The notes under the pieces were generated by a model that worked only from the letters and a program-made list of their open reading frames with translations, had not been told where the DNA came from and did not search any database. Shown here one piece after another: positions 61,243-64,000 of a stretch of DNA of 64,000 nt. A program made the position numbers and the translations under genes. Numbering within the stretch: the stretch's first letter is position 1; each line of letters begins with the position of its first letter. This DNA is from a virus: positions 5,659-69,658 of IMG/VR virus record IMGVR_UViG_3300020389_000255; one strand, written 5' to 3'.

Positions 61243-62324
61243 TTTTTTGCACTCCTTTCAGTTGTTCTTTTTGTTCAATTATGTAAAGTTGGCACTGACT
61301 CGCAGATAATTCATGTGACAAATCTATTATCCTTTTTTCCAACATATTAATATACCTTTCAACTAAATGTAGATGCATTTGCGTTTCTAAACAAACATCA
61401 CTTTCCAAAATTGGTTTTTCCATTCCTAAGATTCCTCATCGTCCTCAATTGTAAAAATTTCTATAATCACATCCAAAGATTCTTGAATCTTATCAATTTT
61501 GTTACTGAGTTCTTCTATCTTATCAGTAGCACCACTTATTTGATCCTTTACAATATCTGGAATAGGAATCGGAGAAACTTTTGTCGCTAATTTCGCAACA
61601 TTTCGTAAATGCTTTCTTCTTAACATACACATTTTCTCCTAATCAGTAACTTCTTCCTCAAACTCAGTTTCTATTTCCCTAGCAACTTTAAAAAATCTAT
61701 AAATCATAAAACCTATACCAATAAAAGCACCTCCACCCAAACCTCCGAGAAGTTCTTCACCAAATTCTTCACCTAAAACTGCTAAAGTTCCAGTAACTGC
61801 TGAAACAGCACCTCCTGATATACCAATAAGTTTTGGGGTATGATCAGAAGATCCTGCTTTGGAACCTTCCTTTAATAATTCTCCATAGGACATCTCATGA
61901 AAATCTGAATCGTGTGGAAGTAACTGTGATTGTTTTGACACAACAATTTCAAATCTGTTCTAGGTACTTTTTAGAATATTTCGATACTGTTTCCAATTCA
62001 TCTTCAGCATCTGCAAGTTGAATTATACACAATTTAACTTCACTGACTATATCACTGTGTTCTCCAATACCAATTGGATTTTCTAAAAGTATTTGCAAAT
62101 TTGCCTCCACTCTATCTTTTTTTGCCTTTACATCACTTTCAACTGCTTTTAATAATTTCATCCCAATCGAGCTCATGCTTATTAATTCCTCCACGGTGGT
62201 TTTTCTTCTTCTTAGTATTAGGTTTTGATACTTTCACTTTAGGAATTCGTTTTTTCTTATCCCTAGTTTTAATTTTAATTCCATAATTTTCCAACTCTTG
62301 AAAATCATCAGATGTTAATTCCAT
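61238..62324 (-). CDS. Small hypothetical proteins (61238-61423, 61426-61632, 61639-61941 membrane, 61949-62194, 62139-62324)
   Basis: Co-oriented packed ORFs; 61949-62194 has 'NPIGIGEHSDI'. Confidence 0.55.
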
Positions 62325-62326
62325 TA

Positions 62327-62749
62327 TTACTCCTTACTAAACCATCTATTCATTATATTGGAATTGTAATATTTCCGAGTTCCATTCGGAAATTTCATAT
62401 CCAATACTTCTTCTTTAAATTGATACATTGTTTCTGTATATCCCAAGTCTCCCTTTGTTAAACAAAATTTTAAAATTTCAAATTCAAATTCCCCCTTTCC
62501 TATCCTTTCTATTTCGTTGTTTAACTCATCACAAGATCCAGTATAACTCTTCCAATCAGATTCCTTTTTAACGTGCTTTCGATTTTTACGTCCTTTAACT
62601 TTAATCTTTCTGGTAAAAACAGTTTGTTTTTTTCCAATATATGACCTACCTGTATCTTTACGAGTGATCCTATAAACAAAACCAAAAAAGTTCATTGGAT
62701 TAAAATCTTCATTGAGTAAAGTAGAATTCCAATGACCAAAATCACTCAT
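62327..62749 (-). CDS. GIY-YIG family nuclease-like protein
   Basis: 'FGFVYRIT…GRSYIGKK…ESDWKSYTGS…FEIL…E…YYNSNI'. Confidence 0.85.
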   Translation of the reverse strand: MSDFGHWNSTLLNEDFNPMNFFGFVYRITRKDTGRSYIGKKQTVFTRKIKVKGRKNRKHVKKESDWKSYTGSCDELNNEIERIGKGEFEFEILKFCLTKGDLGYTETMYQFKEEVLDMKFPNGTRKYYNSNIMNRWFSKE

Positions 62750-62750
62750 A

Positions 62751-63172
62751 TTATTTCACAACTATTTTTTCCATTTGTTTCACAGGTACAGTAATATGTT
62801 TATTCCCAACTGTTTTCATAGAACATATATCTTCATAATCATCCCAGGTAATTCTTGTAACTATACATTCTTGGTACATTCCATTACGTGAAAACCCAAT
62901 CAACTGATTTGTGTCTGATGCTTCCTGTAATATATTTATGTTACGCACTAAATCATTCATTACATTATCCCCTTAGAATTATTTGTTGAAACTTTACGTA
63001 TTTTCTTAACCTTTTTTTTTAACTTTTTCAAATTTTTCTTTTGCCCCTTCTTGTTTGCCAAAGACGTTAATGCATTTATTTTTTCAATAATCGCATCACA
63101 ATGACCTTTAATTTCACTATCCACAATAGTTTTGCAAGTCAAAAAAAGATTAGTTAAATCTATAGGTTCCAC
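62751..63172 (-). CDS. Two small hypothetical proteins (62751-62960, 62960-63172)
   Basis: Coupled ORFs. Confidence 0.5.
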
Positions 63173-63281
63173 GTATCACTCCTCTTGACAATTGTTTCTC
63201 CTTTCATCTTTGCTGAAACATAATTTAAGTATTGCACAAATATATACTCTACTAAACAGAAAAATATAAATATACCAAGTC

Positions 63282-63803
63282 CTATCTTCTCCACACGGTT
63301 TCCTTTATGCCTTCGCACTCTACCTTATTGTTACGGAAAAATCCATTGTGTATCCGTACACTTTTATGATTGACCGTTACACCAACCTTTGCATACTCTA
63401 CAATCACATTATCCAATCGGGTAAGTCCATTCAACACGATACCTTCCCAATCTCCAACATATGGATTCTTCACCTGATTACTAGTAAATCGAATTGGAGT
63501 TTCCATCGTTCCACTACCAATACAAAATGCATCGTCCTCGATAATCAATTTCCCCTTAGTTTCAAGTTCACCATACAACACCGAACCATTTTCTATCCGT
63601 AAATATGCACCATTTCTTATTCGTACTGTACCACGAATATGTGTCGCATCGGTATTCTTTACATATACATTCTCATCGTAATCACCAATCAACACTCGAT
63701 ACTTTCCAGGTGCTTGGCCAGGATCTTTCATAATCTCATATGCAGTCATTTGAAATTCATCACAACCACACAACAACACCCAACACATCACAAAATATTT
63801 CAT
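63282..63803 (-). CDS. Putative lipoprotein with beta-helix (pectin-lyase-like) motif; start MKYF at 63803
   Basis: Signal/lipobox 'MKYFVMCWVLLCGC'; 'GTMETPIRFTS…GDWEGI'. Confidence 0.65.
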   Translation of the reverse strand: MKYFVMCWVLLCGCDEFQMTAYEIMKDPGQAPGKYRVLIGDYDENVYVKNTDATHIRGTVRIRNGAYLRIENGSVLYGELETKGKLIIEDDAFCIGSGTMETPIRFTSNQVKNPYVGDWEGIVLNGLTRLDNVIVEYAKVGVTVNHKSVRIHNGFFRNNKVECEGIKETVWRR

Positions 63804-64000
63804 TATTTTTCCATTTTTAAGTTTTCTATCTCTTTTCTTATTTCTTCCATTCGAATTTTCTTCCAATTTACCATAACTGCATTAGAAACGCCTGGCATAG
63901 TAGAAGTATGTTCCTTATCTGGTGGTATATAATAACTCGAAACTTGTTTCAATTGTGCCTCTAAAATTCCCAACTTTTTATTAATTTCTTCAATATTCAA
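63803..64000 (-). CDS. Small coiled-coil hypothetical protein (may extend past the window end)
   Basis: ORF at the window edge. Confidence 0.4.
   Translation of the reverse strand: MNIEEINKKLGILEAQLKQVSSYYIPPDKEHTSTMPGVSNAVMVNWKKIRMEEIRKEIENLKMEK

Noticed and set aside
1-64000. Stop-codon reassignment or introns/inteins
   Set aside because: Core genes are full length in the standard code, with TAA, TAG and TGA all used as stops; no split core gene or intein motif noticed

Overview
This is a 64-kb segment of an AT-rich, T4-like (myovirus) phage genome. Gene content resembles marine T4-like phages, and the standard genetic code is used. 1-34.6 kb is a virion module: a >1600-aa fibre with an Mtd_N-type N-terminus (missing from the ORF track), DUF4815/VrlC-like, gp8, gp7, gp6, gp25, PAAR, gp5, gp27-like, gp53 and gp48, then divergent gp4, gp2, gp54, gp26, gp51 and a tape-measure-like gene. 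34.7-36.5 kb holds gp32, gp59 and gp33. The rest is an accessory early region on the minus strand, organised by repeated promoter cassettes. The most striking locus is 36.5-38.8 kb. An early promoter drives a stand-alone NAD-ligase domain-Ia protein, then a circularly permuted two-piece tmRNA (tag GNDYELQMAA), small ORFs and a phage-encoded flagellin. Also notable are an unannotated 26-aa, 10-Cys metallothionein-like peptide beside a trypsin-like protease in the baseplate operon, two promoter classes (sigma70-like and ECF-like) sharing one upstream box, a triple TGTCA-N3-TGACA array, six tandem membrane micro-proteins, and a SET-domain gene that probably starts at ATT. All family calls come from motif recognition by eye; no database searches were run.
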